This document shows, piece by piece, positions 1-11,097 of a DNA stretch of 64,000 nt. Every line of letters begins with the position of its first letter. The first letter of the stretch is position 1. The translations under genes and the position numbers were made by a program. This DNA is from an uncultured Chloroflexia bacterium. GTDB lineage: Bacteria > Chloroflexota > Limnocylindria > Limnocylindrales > CSP1-4. The DNA is taken from contig CAVTIO010000003.1 of the NCBI GenBank assembly GCA_963734935.1, forward strand, positions 342,103 through 406,102, given 5' to 3'. The notes beneath the pieces were generated by a model that worked only from the letters and a program-made list of their open reading frames with translations, searched no databases and had not been told where the DNA came from.

Positions 1-36
1 GGATTGGACGAGAAGGATGGGGCCGCCAGGCGTTTG

Positions 37-1125
37 TCAGGCGCCGGGGCTCGACTTGAGCATGAGGCCCAGGCCGGTCGTCCCGGTCGTTCTCCAGCGC
101 TTGTCCCGGCCCAGCTCGAGGCCGCTCGCGGGATCCTCGGCAAGCAGCAGGCAGCCGTCGAGATCCACCCAATCGGCGAGCGGCGCCACGGCGGCCGAGG
201 CAGCGATCCCGACCGAGGTCTCCTCCATGCACCCGAGGAACGTGCGAAAGCCCAGGGCTCGTGCCCGGTCGAGCATCCGCCGGGCCGGACCCACGCCGCC
301 GCACTTGGCGAGCTTCACGTTGACACCGTCGACCACCCCCACCAGCGCGTCGAGGTCCTCGATCGTCACCGCGCTCTCGTCCGCGACGATCGGCAGCGTC
401 GAGCGGTCCTGGAGACGCCGCAGATCATCGAGATGCCGCGCCGGGAACGGCTGCTCGATCAGCTCGACGCCCAGGGCCACGAGTCGCGGCAGCAGCGCCA
501 GCGCGGTATCGAGCGTCCAGCCCGTGTTGGCGTCCACCCGGATCGGGCCATCGAACACGGCACGGACCGCTTCGAGCGTGGCGATGTCGGCGGGACCCCC
601 GACCTTGACCTTCAGCGCCGAAAAGTCCGAGGCACGGCGGGCGCGCTCGGCCACGACCTCCGGGGCGTCGATCCCCAGGGTGAAGTCGGTGGGCGGCATC
701 TCGCCCGTCACGCCGAGCAGGTCGGCGACCCGGAGTCCCAGCCGCTTGCCGACGAGATCGTGAAGGGCGATGTCGATGGCGCACTTGATGGCGCCGTGAT
801 GGCCGATCGCCGCGGTCATCAGCCCGTCGGCGTCCTCGAGCGTCGCGCGCACCTCGCCGAGCGGGCCATGGAGATCCGGGACGATCGGCTCGAGCGCCTC
901 GAGCAGGATCGGCGCCACCGTCGCCATCGTTGCCGGCGTCTCGCCGTAGTAGCTGTCTGGAAACCCTTCGCCGATGCCGACCGGTCCGTCCGGGCCGTCG
1001 GAGGCATCGCGCAGCTCGGCCAGGACCGTGGTGACCGACTGGCCCCTCCCGGGTGCGGATCGCGAGATGACGAACGGCTCGCGAAGCGGCAGGGTCAGGG
1101 TTCGGAGCGCGAGCTCCAGCGTCAT
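37..1125 (-). CDS. Dipeptide epimerase (L-Ala-D/L-Glu epimerase-like), enolase superfamily MLE subgroup
   Basis: KxK motif (ALKVKVG), metal ligands DAN / EQP / DES, second Lys (NVKLAKCGG), C-terminal DLDG; N-terminus LREPFVISR. Confidence 0.9.
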   Translation of the reverse strand: MTLELALRTLTLPLREPFVISRSAPGRGQSVTTVLAELRDASDGPDGPVGIGEGFPDSYYGETPATMATVAPILLEALEPIVPDLHGPLGEVRATLEDADGLMTAAIGHHGAIKCAIDIALHDLVGKRLGLRVADLLGVTGEMPPTDFTLGIDAPEVVAERARRASDFSALKVKVGGPADIATLEAVRAVFDGPIRVDANTGWTLDTALALLPRLVALGVELIEQPFPARHLDDLRRLQDRSTLPIVADESAVTIEDLDALVGVVDGVNVKLAKCGGVGPARRMLDRARALGFRTFLGCMEETSVGIAASAAVAPLADWVDLDGCLLLAEDPASGLELGRDKRWRTTGTTGLGLMLKSSPGA

Positions 1126-1129
1126 GCGT

Positions 1130-2317
1130 TCATCGGGGGTTGGCGGCCGGTTCCGCTGCAGAGTCTGGCGTGGAGTCCGTCGGGGGGTCGATCGGCGCGT
1201 CGGTCGGGGCGTCCGTCGTCGGGTTGGCCTGCACCGTTGGCAGCGCCTCGACCGCCGCCTCCAGGCGCTCCCACAGGGCCGCGGCTCCGAATCGCACCGG
1301 ATCGTCGGTCGGAAGGCCGGTCTCCGCCTCCGTCGCCGTGATGACCCTCAGGGCATCATCCGGATCCGCGATGGCCGACGTATTGAGGGCGATCGCGATC
1401 ACCGTCGACGGCGCCACCAGCGCCGCTGCCATCTCATGGGCTGCGATCAGCGACGGCAGGTCCGCGATCGGGAAGCGAGCCTCCGGAACGTGCTCGAAAT
1501 CGTGCTCCTCGAGCCCGGGCTGATGAACCAGGACCATGCCATGGGGGGTTGCGCCGTGGATCAGACCCAGCGTCACGCTGCTGTAGGCCGGGTGGTCGAG
1601 CGATCCCTGGCCCTCGACGATCAGCCAGTCACCACGGCCTTCGCCGTCCGCGACCAGCTGCTCGACCGATCCCTGGAGGAAGTCCGAGATGACGCGGTCG
1701 ACCGCCAGTCCCCAGCCCTCGATCATGATGCCCGTCTGACCGGTTGGGACGAACACGGCTGACCTGCCCGCGGCAACGGCGGCACGCGTCAGCTCGATCG
1801 CGACGGACATCTTCCCCACCGCGCAATCGGTTCCCACGGTGAGGAGGACCCGCTTGCCCGGCAGATGGCGGCGGCCAACCGCCGTTCCCGTGGGGTCGGG
1901 TATGCGCCTGTAGTCCACGAGCCGAACGCCGGCGCTCTGCGCCGCGCTCGCGAACTCGGGATCGTCGGCGAGAAAGGTATGGAGCCCCGCATGCACGTCG
2001 AGCCCGAAGCGGATCGCGGACAGGATGACGGATCGCCAGTCGTCCGGGAGCCGGCCACCGGTCGGCGCGATCCCCACCAGGAGGGTGTCCGCGCGCGGGA
2101 GCATGCCCAGCGCATCGCTCAGGGACGCCACGATCGGAATGTCGTAGCGGGCCGAGTCACCCAGCCATTCGCGGACGTTCCGGCCGGCCTGTGTCGAATC
2201 GATCACCGCCATCACCCGGTCACGGCCGTAGCGGATGACGCCCATCGCCGTCTTGCCATGATGGAAGCCGAAGTTGCCTTCAGCGAGGATCACGAGGCGG
2301 CGCTCGGCGGTCGACAT
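1130..2317 (-). CDS. DUF1611 family protein (DgcN-like, P-loop-like)
   Basis: GKTA, VGTDCAVGKM, TGQTG, EGQGSLDHPAYS and LIHG motifs; ATG at 2317 (MSTAERR) preferred over the ORF-track start; stop is 4 nt before the epimerase start. Confidence 0.88.
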   Translation of the reverse strand: MSTAERRLVILAEGNFGFHHGKTAMGVIRYGRDRVMAVIDSTQAGRNVREWLGDSARYDIPIVASLSDALGMLPRADTLLVGIAPTGGRLPDDWRSVILSAIRFGLDVHAGLHTFLADDPEFASAAQSAGVRLVDYRRIPDPTGTAVGRRHLPGKRVLLTVGTDCAVGKMSVAIELTRAAVAAGRSAVFVPTGQTGIMIEGWGLAVDRVISDFLQGSVEQLVADGEGRGDWLIVEGQGSLDHPAYSSVTLGLIHGATPHGMVLVHQPGLEEHDFEHVPEARFPIADLPSLIAAHEMAAALVAPSTVIAIALNTSAIADPDDALRVITATEAETGLPTDDPVRFGAAALWERLEAAVEALPTVQANPTTDAPTDAPIDPPTDSTPDSAAEPAANPR

Positions 2318-2415
2318 GCAGGCTCCGTCTGGCGCGGTTCGGCCCCCACACCGGAGTCTAGCGGCCCCGAACACCGTCGACCGCTTGTCGGCGATGGTCG
2401 GGCCGCGAGGTGCCC

Positions 2416-3210
2416 TCAGGCTCCCATCAGGAATGGTCGGACGACGGAGACGAACCCCTCCGGATCCTCCATGGGCGGCAGGTGCGCGACCCCGGCAAGC
2501 TCCTGGTATCGAGCGTCAGGGATCTCCGCGGCGAGCACCGGTGCGATCCGGCGCATGTCCGTCCGATCGAGGCTCCCGGCCAGCACCAGCGTCGTCGCCT
2601 CGATCTCACCCAGGCGTGGCCGGTACTCGGGCACCAGCCACGACAGCTCAGCTGACGGGTCATCGATCTCGTAGGCGTGGCGCTGCATCTCGAACACTCG
2701 CCGGCGGAGCTCCGGATCGACATCGTCGGCGGTCCGCTCGGGCCCATCAAGCCAGAACCGGACCTGCGCCCAGGCCGCGGTATCGAGATCGCCCGCCTCG
2801 ACGGCTTTCGTCTCAGCCTCGTCTGCCTCGTCCATCTCGGGCGCGTACGCCCATCCTTCGAGCCCACCGCCCACCAGCACCAGGCGGTCGACGCGGTGCG
2901 GATGCGCGAGCGCAAGGTCGATCGCCACGCGCGCGCTCATCGAGACTCCCACCAGGTGCGCGTGCTCGATGCCCAGCGTGTCCATCAGCCCCAACAGGTC
3001 CGCGGTCCAGCAGAAGGCGTCGGGACCGATCGGCGAGTCCCCGAAGCCGCGATGGTCGAGGGCGATCGCACGGAAGTCGCGCGTGAACCCGGGGATCGCC
3101 TCGGACCACATCCGGCGATCCGAGATCCCCGCATGAAGAAGCATGACCACCGGGCCGTTACCAGCCTCGTCGTAGGCGATCCTGGTTCCATTGACCTCGA
3201 TCGACGGCAT
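2416..3210 (-). CDS. Alpha/beta fold hydrolase
   Basis: LLHAG, DHRGFGDS, nucleophile elbow GVSMS, GSLD and AHLPPME; RBS-like AGGAAGG before ATG 3210. Confidence 0.88.
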   Translation of the reverse strand: MPSIEVNGTRIAYDEAGNGPVVMLLHAGISDRRMWSEAIPGFTRDFRAIALDHRGFGDSPIGPDAFCWTADLLGLMDTLGIEHAHLVGVSMSARVAIDLALAHPHRVDRLVLVGGGLEGWAYAPEMDEADEAETKAVEAGDLDTAAWAQVRFWLDGPERTADDVDPELRRRVFEMQRHAYEIDDPSAELSWLVPEYRPRLGEIEATTLVLAGSLDRTDMRRIAPVLAAEIPDARYQELAGVAHLPPMEDPEGFVSVVRPFLMGA

Positions 3211-3330
3211 GAGCACCTTCCTGGATTGTGGATCGATCCCGACTCGACGCCGATGCCCAGGGTCAGCAGGTACCCACTGCCGTGGCCCGGCACGACCTCG
3301 GAGGAGGCGTCGGCGTGTAGGGTTGGGGGC

Positions 3331-3834
3331 ATGAGCCAGCCCATCAGGCCCGCCTACAGCCTATGGCCTCGCTACAACGCTCGACTGCGCGAGGTCGTTT
3401 CGGCGATGACACCCGAGCAGCTCGCGATCCAGCCCGAGCCCGATCGCTGGCCACTGTGGGCGACCGTCGGGCACACAGCATGCCAACGCGTGTTCTGGCT
3501 GTGTGACTTCGCCGGCGCGCCCGGCGCCGAGACCACGCCATTCACCAACGCCGCCTGGGACTGCCCCGGCGACGATGACCTCAACCACGTGCTCGGCGCG
3601 GATCAGCTGTCCGCGGCCCTTGACGCCACCTTTGCCATCGTCGAGCGCTGCCTCGATACATGGACGCTCGACATGCTCGACGAGGTGCTTCGCCGTCCCG
3701 AGTGGGAGGTTTCCTGGACATATTCGCGGGGCGAGGTGATCCAGCGGGTGTTCAGTCACGACGTATCCCACGTCGCCGAGCTCAACGAGACGCTCGGGCG
3801 CGCGGGGCTCCCGATGGTCGATCTCTGGGACTGA
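3331..3834 (+). CDS. DinB/YfiT family protein
   Basis: Helical ~167 aa with GHTA and HDVSH His-triad pattern; TAGGGT -10-like box 7 nt upstream of ATG (leaderless). Confidence 0.75.
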   Translation: MSQPIRPAYSLWPRYNARLREVVSAMTPEQLAIQPEPDRWPLWATVGHTACQRVFWLCDFAGAPGAETTPFTNAAWDCPGDDDLNHVLGADQLSAALDATFAIVERCLDTWTLDMLDEVLRRPEWEVSWTYSRGEVIQRVFSHDVSHVAELNETLGRAGLPMVDLWD

Positions 3835-3860
3835 TGCCGGACTGACGCCGGGGCCGCGGC

Positions 3861-3916
3861 TTGACAGCAGCCCTGCAACGTGGGAGTATCGCGCCACGAT
3901 ATATCGTGCAGCGATA
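3861..3916 (+). promoter_or_regulatory. padR promoter (-35 TTGACA) with two abutting TATCG-N5-CGATA inverted repeats (putative PadR operators)
   Basis: TTGACA at 3861-3866; TATCGcgccaCGATA at 3887-3901 and TATCGtgcagCGATA at 3902-3916. Confidence 0.65.
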
Positions 3917-3966
3917 CATATGCGGCGCCCGAAAGGGCGCGTCAGCTCCGCCGAAGGCCGTCGAAC

Positions 3967-4305
3967 ATGCCATCGGATCTCACCGATCTCGGTCGGTTCA
4001 CCGAACCGTCAATCGCAATCCTCGTCGCCCTCAGCGACGGACCCAAGCACGGGTACGCGATCATGGCCGACGTCCAGGCAACCGCCGGGCAACCGCTGGG
4101 TCCGGGCACGTTGTATGCGGCGCTCGGGCGGCTTGAACACAGAGGACTCATCGAGCCCCTGCCCGCCGAGGACCGACGGCGCCCGTACCGGTTGACCGGG
4201 CTTGGCGCCACCATCCTGCGCACCCATCTCCATCAGCTCGACCGTTTCGTCCAGACGGGCCTGGTGAGGCTCAACGGCAGCGCCGCGTCTGGCGCCGGAG
4301 CCTGA
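3967..4305 (+). CDS. PadR family transcriptional regulator
   Basis: ILVALSDGPKHGYAI...GPGTLYAALGRLE...RRRPYRLTGLG winged-helix signature. Confidence 0.92.
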   Translation: MPSDLTDLGRFTEPSIAILVALSDGPKHGYAIMADVQATAGQPLGPGTLYAALGRLEHRGLIEPLPAEDRRRPYRLTGLGATILRTHLHQLDRFVQTGLVRLNGSAASGAGA

Positions 4306-4310
4306 TCCCC

Positions 4311-5087
4311 ATGCCAGCGTCCCAACCCCGACCCACCCGAATCTCGATCCTCCTGCGCCTGTATCCGCGGGACTGGCGGGCTCGCTATGCCGACGAGTTC
4401 GCCGGGCTGCTCGCGGACACGGCTCTGACGCCCGCGAAGGTCCTGGATATCGCGTTCGGCGCGCTCGACGCGCGCTGGAGCGCCGACTATCCATCGGCCG
4501 CGGGCGACGACAGAAAGGTCCGACGTCCCATGGTTGATCGTCTTGCCGCTCTCCTGACCGCCGCTGGCGGCATCTACTTCGCGGCGCTCATGGCCGTCAT
4601 CCTGGTGGCCTCGCCACCGGAGGATGGCCCGGCCTATATCGCCGCACTGCTCGTGGTCCCCGTCGCCATGGCCGCCCTCACGCTCGGGATCGCAGGCCTG
4701 TCCCTCAGCAGGTCCGGCGGGGACATGGTCGGCCGGGCGCTGGGCCTCGTGGCCAGCGCGTTGGCGGGCGGGATCACCCTCGCGATCCTGTACCTGTTCC
4801 TCGTCGGCGACGCTGGCTGGGACGCCCTGATGGCGCTGTTCGCCGGGTTCGCCGCAGTCACGGGCCTGGTTGGGTTGAGGATCGCGCTCTCGCAGCGAGA
4901 CCGTCTCCCGGGCGCCGTGCTTCTCGTTGCCGGCGCGATCGCGACTGTTCTCTGGCTGACGGCCATGCTGCCGGGAACTGGTCCAGCGGACGTCACCACG
5001 TTGAACTTCGGGATCGTCACCGTCGCCTGGGGCATCGTGGGGCTGCTCAGGCTTCGACCCACGCGGGTGGCCACCGCAATGGCCTAG
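4311..5087 (+). CDS. PadR-associated multi-pass membrane protein
   Basis: N-terminal LLRLYPxxWRxRYxxEF motif typical of genes following padR; about 6 hydrophobic segments. Confidence 0.8.
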   Translation: MPASQPRPTRISILLRLYPRDWRARYADEFAGLLADTALTPAKVLDIAFGALDARWSADYPSAAGDDRKVRRPMVDRLAALLTAAGGIYFAALMAVILVASPPEDGPAYIAALLVVPVAMAALTLGIAGLSLSRSGGDMVGRALGLVASALAGGITLAILYLFLVGDAGWDALMALFAGFAAVTGLVGLRIALSQRDRLPGAVLLVAGAIATVLWLTAMLPGTGPADVTTLNFGIVTVAWGIVGLLRLRPTRVATAMA

Positions 5088-5126
5088 CGGCCATGTGACG
5101 TCCTGCTGACCCGATCGACACGCACA

Positions 5127-5153
5127 AGGCCCGGTCCGCCACGGACCGGGCCT
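5127..5153. terminator. Hairpin between convergent membrane-protein gene and tRNA-Glu
   Basis: AGGCCCGGTCCG-cca-CGGACCGGGCCT perfect 12-bp stem. Confidence 0.65.
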
Positions 5154-5169
5154 GATGTTCATATCGAGT

Positions 5170-5246
5170 TGGTACCGCATACCGGATTCGAACCGGTGAT
5201 CTCCGCCTTGAGAGGGCGGTGTCCTAGGCCTCTAGACGAATGCGGC
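5170..5246 (-). tRNA. tRNA-Glu (anticodon CTC)
   Basis: Reverse complement GCCGCATTCGTCTAGAGGCCTAGGACACCGCCCTCTCAAGGCGGAGATCACCGGTTCGAATCCGGTATGCGGTACCA folds as a cloverleaf with T-loop GTTCGAATC and encoded CCA. Confidence 0.96.
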
Positions 5247-5450
5247 GAGGGGTTGGCGCAGAGCTGCGCCGGTGGCGGAGGATACCAAGGAGTGCGGCGC
5301 CACGGCAACCGCGCCACCCGACAGGTTCGGCAGTGCCGATCAACCCTGAGCGCCCGTCCTGCCGCCCGGACAACCATGGGTTCAGAAGCCCGGGCGAGAT
5401 GCCGGTGGCGCGCGGGGCCGGGCAGGCAGCGGGGCTCGCGGGTCGGTCTG

Positions 5451-6352
5451 CTACAGGCGGTTCGTCTCCAGGAATGTGCGCAGCGTCTCCGCCACTTGCA
5501 GGAAGCTCTGCTCGCCCAGCACCAGCCCGTAGTGGGAGTGGGCACCGAACGGCTCGTAGACGGCGTCGAGCCATTCGGCGAGGCGCTCGACATCGGGCTC
5601 CGGGACCTGGGTGTCGAGACCCGCACCGATGACCAGGCGCGGGACATCGGGGAGTGCCGTGCGATCCACCGGCACGCCCTGGAGCACCTGGCGCTTCGCG
5701 TGGCCCGACTCGAACGGCTTCTGGCCCAGCATGTGCTGAATGCGCAGCACATCCGCAAGCGTCAGGTCGCGGTGCTCGCGGAGCAGCTTCTCGGGGAGCG
5801 TCTCCCAGCCGAGCTCGGCGCGCCCGTAGGCGTCCGGGACCTCGCGCATCAGGTGAGGTCGCGCCGGTTCCCGCATCTCCGCCGGCAGCTCGGGGGCGAT
5901 CAGAACATACGACGACACGGTCGCGCGCTCGATCCCCTTGAGCACCAGCAGCCCACCCAGGCCGTGGCCGACCGCGACGACGGTCGGGCCGAGCCGCTCC
6001 ATGGCCGCGATCACGTCCTCGGTGTAGGTGGCGACGTCCAGGGTCGCGGGATCGGCCGTCTGGCTCCAGTAGTGATTGCGCAGGTTGAGCGCGTGGCCCT
6101 CCCAGCCACGACCCGCGAAGTGGCGCAGGTAGCGCTCCCAGACCCACGAGCCGCCCAGCTCGCCGTGCACGAACAGGATCGGCTTGCGCCGCGACCGACG
6201 CTCGGGAAGCCACGATTCGACGTACAGACCACGGTCGGACAGCTCGATCTCGTCCTTGCGAACGGGCCGGCCGTGCGACGGGGGCGTGCGCGAAATGAGG
6301 CGGTCCGACGGGGTCGGATCGGTGATGCGGCGTCCTCGATGGCGGTTTCCGG

Positions 6353-6359
<7 letters not shown>
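5451..6359 (-). CDS. Alpha/beta hydrolase-fold protein with atypical nucleophile elbow (GHGLGG)
   Basis: ILFVHG, LNLRNH, GHGLGG, IGAGLD, HSHYG; overlaps the DUF1015 stop. Confidence 0.8.
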
Positions 6360-7735
<1,376 letters not shown>

Positions 7736-7991
7736 GGGGTCCTCTGGGCGCGATGATGGGCGCGGACGTCGGGTCACGCGGACGGACCCGGGGTGGAAGC
7801 ATCCTACGATAGGCGGAGGCGAGCGGCCACTCTCGCGTCCCAGGGCGCGAACCATCGAGGTCGCCAGACGAGCCGCCGAGGTCAACGGAGACCTGCTCGG
7901 GTCGGACCCTCTGGCCGCGCGCCGGAGGCCGGGCTTCGCGCGGGCGCCGCGGCATTCGCGCGGGCGCCGCGGCATCGCAGCCCACCGGCAG

Positions 7992-8558
7992 ATGGCGAGC
8001 ACCGATGCTAGCCTCCACGCCGTGGCACACCACTCCCTCTCCCGCCACTGGCCGGGGTCCAGCGCGTCTCCGGTTCGTCGATCGACAGGAGCACCGTTCC
8101 GGGTCCGCGTCCGCGCCGCCGTCCTTGCGGCAACGTTCCCACTGGTGATGGCGGCGTGCGGAGCGGTGTCGATCACCGCGCCACCCGCCACGCCGACCGA
8201 TTTCCCGGGCATCACCGGCCGCCTGAACGCTGCGCAGGTCAAGGTCCGGAACTGGGTGTCGGGCGATGCCGGTTGCCAGGACCCCGACCTCGTGAAGTCG
8301 GCGATCAGCTTCGACGCGAGCGGGCTCGACCAGGCCGAGCCGGTGAGGCTGTACCTCTACGTCTTCCGCAACCGGGCCGCCTTCGAGCGCCACCGGGACC
8401 AGGTCGGTCCCTGTGCCGAGGCGTGGGTCACCGACCCCCAGACCTACGAGGAGATCGAGCAGTCTCCCTACATCGTGGCGGGACAGGGGCCCTGGGGCAC
8501 GGCGTTCGAGGCAACCCTCCGGGCGACGCTCGAGGAGGCCGCCGGCACGGGCGGCTGA
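7992..8558 (+). CDS. Putative lipoprotein, unknown function (start uncertain)
   Basis: Hydrophobic stretch ending in lipobox-like MAAC; coding-like body with two further Cys. Confidence 0.65.
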   Translation: MASTDASLHAVAHHSLSRHWPGSSASPVRRSTGAPFRVRVRAAVLAATFPLVMAACGAVSITAPPATPTDFPGITGRLNAAQVKVRNWVSGDAGCQDPDLVKSAISFDASGLDQAEPVRLYLYVFRNRAAFERHRDQVGPCAEAWVTDPQTYEEIEQSPYIVAGQGPWGTAFEATLRATLEEAAGTGG

Positions 8559-8701
8559 CGGCCGGTCGATCGAGCCGGGACGCCTCGTGACGCGCCCGGA
8601 GGATTGACGAACGGCAGCTCGGAGCCGGCCGAGCGGCACCCGCGGCGCGACGAGCTGGACCTGGGGGCCTGAAGACGGGTTCGAGCAGCGCCCGAGCGCC
8701 C

Positions 8702-9868
8702 TCAGACGATCCGCAGGTCCAGGATCCGGCGAGCGATCACCAATCGCTGGATCTGGCTCGTCCCCTCGCCGATCTCGGTCAGCTTCGCGTCGCGCAGGAA
8801 CCGCTCCACCGGGTAGTCCTCCACGTAGCCGTAGCCGCCGTGCACCTGGACCGCGGCGTTGGTGACCCGCGACGACACCTCGGAGGCGAACAGCTTCGCC
8901 TGCGCGGCCGCCAACGCGTAGTCGCGACCCTGGTCCTTCAGCCACGCAGCGCGATAGACGAGCGAGCGTGCCGCCTCGATCTCGGTTGCCATGTCCGCGA
9001 TCATGAACGCGACACCCTGGAACGTCCCGATCGGACGCCCGAACTGCTCCCGTTCCCGAGCGTACGGGACCGCCGCGTCGAGCGCCGCCTGGGCGAGGCC
9101 GAGGGCGAGCGCGGCGATCGAGATTCGACCCCCGTCGAGGACCTTGAGGAACGCCCGGAACCCGGCCCCCTCATCGCCCAGCATGTTGTCCGCCGGGACG
9201 CGCACGCCCTCGAGCAACAGCTCTCCGGTGGCCGAGGCATGAAGTCCCATCTTCTCCTCGAGCCGACCGACCGAGAACCCTGGCGTGTCGGCCGGGACGA
9301 TGAACGCGGAGATCTCCGCCGCACCGTTGGGGCGCGTGCCCGTGCGGGCCGTGATCACGTACAGCCCGGCCTGGCCTGCATTCGTGATGAACCGCTTGCG
9401 ACCGTCGATCACCCAGCCGTCGCCATCGGGACCCGCCTCACGTCGGGCGGTCGTCTGCGTCCCGCCCGCGTCGGACCCGGCGTTGGGCTCGGTCAGCCCA
9501 TAGGCGCCCAGCATCGTGCCGCCGGCCAGGGCCGGCAGGTATCGGTCCCGCTGCTCGTCGTTGCCCGCCACCAGGAGCGGTCCGCAGCCAAGGCTGGTGT
9601 GGGCCGCCACGATCAGGCCCAGCGAGCCCCAGACTCGCCCGATCTCCTCGATCGCGATCGCGTAGGCAAGCGTGTCCATCCCGGCACCGCCCCAACGCTC
9701 GGGAACGTTGATACCGAGCCAACCGAGCTCACCGATCCGGCGCACGACATCGGCCGGGAATCGCCGGGCCCGCTCGTGCTCGTCCACGAGGGGCGCGACC
9801 TCGTCGGTCATGAAGCTCCGGACCGTATCCCGGAGCAGGACGTGATCGGGCGAGAGATCGAGATCCAT
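8702..9868 (-). CDS. Acyl-CoA dehydrogenase
   Basis: GLTEPNAGSD, GRKRFITN, REQFGRPI, HGGYGY and IGEGTSQIQR motifs. Confidence 0.95.
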   Translation of the reverse strand: MDLDLSPDHVLLRDTVRSFMTDEVAPLVDEHERARRFPADVVRRIGELGWLGINVPERWGGAGMDTLAYAIAIEEIGRVWGSLGLIVAAHTSLGCGPLLVAGNDEQRDRYLPALAGGTMLGAYGLTEPNAGSDAGGTQTTARREAGPDGDGWVIDGRKRFITNAGQAGLYVITARTGTRPNGAAEISAFIVPADTPGFSVGRLEEKMGLHASATGELLLEGVRVPADNMLGDEGAGFRAFLKVLDGGRISIAALALGLAQAALDAAVPYAREREQFGRPIGTFQGVAFMIADMATEIEAARSLVYRAAWLKDQGRDYALAAAQAKLFASEVSSRVTNAAVQVHGGYGYVEDYPVERFLRDAKLTEIGEGTSQIQRLVIARRILDLRIV

Positions 9869-9873
9869 CGTGG

Positions 9874-10929
9874 CTAGCCCTCCTCGCGCTCGACGACCTC
9901 ACGCGGTGCCGGCAGGATGGCCGGCCCCGGCACGTCCGAGACGTTGGGCACGAACGACGCGGCAAGCGAGGTCGAGGCTGCCTGCTGCTGCTCCTCGAGC
10001 GAGAGGATCCCCAGCCGGCCGAGCGTCGTGAGCTCGTCACGGATGTAGGTCTTGAGCATCTCAGGGCCGTCGGTGCTGATCGCGTATCGCACCCCATTGC
10101 GGTGGAACTGGTCGAAGATCCACCGGAACTCGTCCCAGCCCGCGACGACCGCGGTGTTGAGGTTCGAGGTGGGGCAGATCTCGAGCACGACGCCACGCTC
10201 GCGGAGCATGGCCATTGCCCGCGGGTCGTAGGCGGCCTTGACGCCGTGGCCGATGCGGTCTGGCTCGAGCAGCTCGACAACCCGCGCGACCTCGTCGATG
10301 GGGCCCGATTCGCCCGTGTGGACCGTGATCCCGAGCCCGTACTGGCGCGCGCGTCGGAACAGGCGCCGATAGTCGGCCACCCGGAACGTTGCTGACTCAG
10401 GGCCGGCGATGTCCACGCCCACGACGCCACGGTCGCGCCAGGTGATCGCCTTCTCCGCGATGATCTCGTTCAGCTCGTAGGGAAACGCCCGGTCGAGGCA
10501 GAACAGGAGGCCGGGCTTGACCGGGTATTCGAGCGTCGCGCGATCCATCCCTCGGACCGCCGCCGCGATGATGTGGTCAAGGTCCTGCTCGCCGCCACGG
10601 TTCCGCTTCATCGGGTTGAAGCGCAGCTCCGTCGTCGTGATGTTGTTCTTGCGGTAGGCGCCGCCGATGACCTCGTACACCGCGCGCTCGACGGCGATCG
10701 GGCTGGACTGGATCAGCTCGGTCCAGTGGAACAGCTGGAGGTAGCCGTCGAAGCTCTTGGCTCGCCGGGGATGAACCGTGATCAGGTCGCGGAACTCCCA
10801 GTAGTCACGGGTGGGCAGCTTGATCCCCTGGGCGTGGGCGATTGACCACATGATCGAGGGGGTGACCGCCGCGCCGAGGTGGCAATGGAGCTCCGCCAGC
10901 GGGACCTTGCGACTGAGATTGGAGGGCAT
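9874..10929 (-). CDS. add: Adenosine/adenine deaminase family protein
   Basis: ELHCHLG, TVHTGE, RIGHG, CPTSN and STDGP motifs; TATTCT -10 box 6 nt before ATG. Confidence 0.85.
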   Translation of the reverse strand: MPSNLSRKVPLAELHCHLGAAVTPSIMWSIAHAQGIKLPTRDYWEFRDLITVHPRRAKSFDGYLQLFHWTELIQSSPIAVERAVYEVIGGAYRKNNITTTELRFNPMKRNRGGEQDLDHIIAAAVRGMDRATLEYPVKPGLLFCLDRAFPYELNEIIAEKAITWRDRGVVGVDIAGPESATFRVADYRRLFRRARQYGLGITVHTGESGPIDEVARVVELLEPDRIGHGVKAAYDPRAMAMLRERGVVLEICPTSNLNTAVVAGWDEFRWIFDQFHRNGVRYAISTDGPEMLKTYIRDELTTLGRLGILSLEEQQQAASTSLAASFVPNVSDVPGPAILPAPREVVEREEG

Positions 10930-11097
10930 GGTCGAAGAATAGCGACCATCGGGCACTGACGATCGGGACCTACGTCGACTGTCAGGATCGTCCGTTGCCG
11001 GTACCGTTGCGCCCGCATGCCGCGTACGGCGGCCATGTGTCGGGCTTGCCGCGCACGGCGGCCCTGCCTCTGAATGCACAACAGGAGATCACATCTG

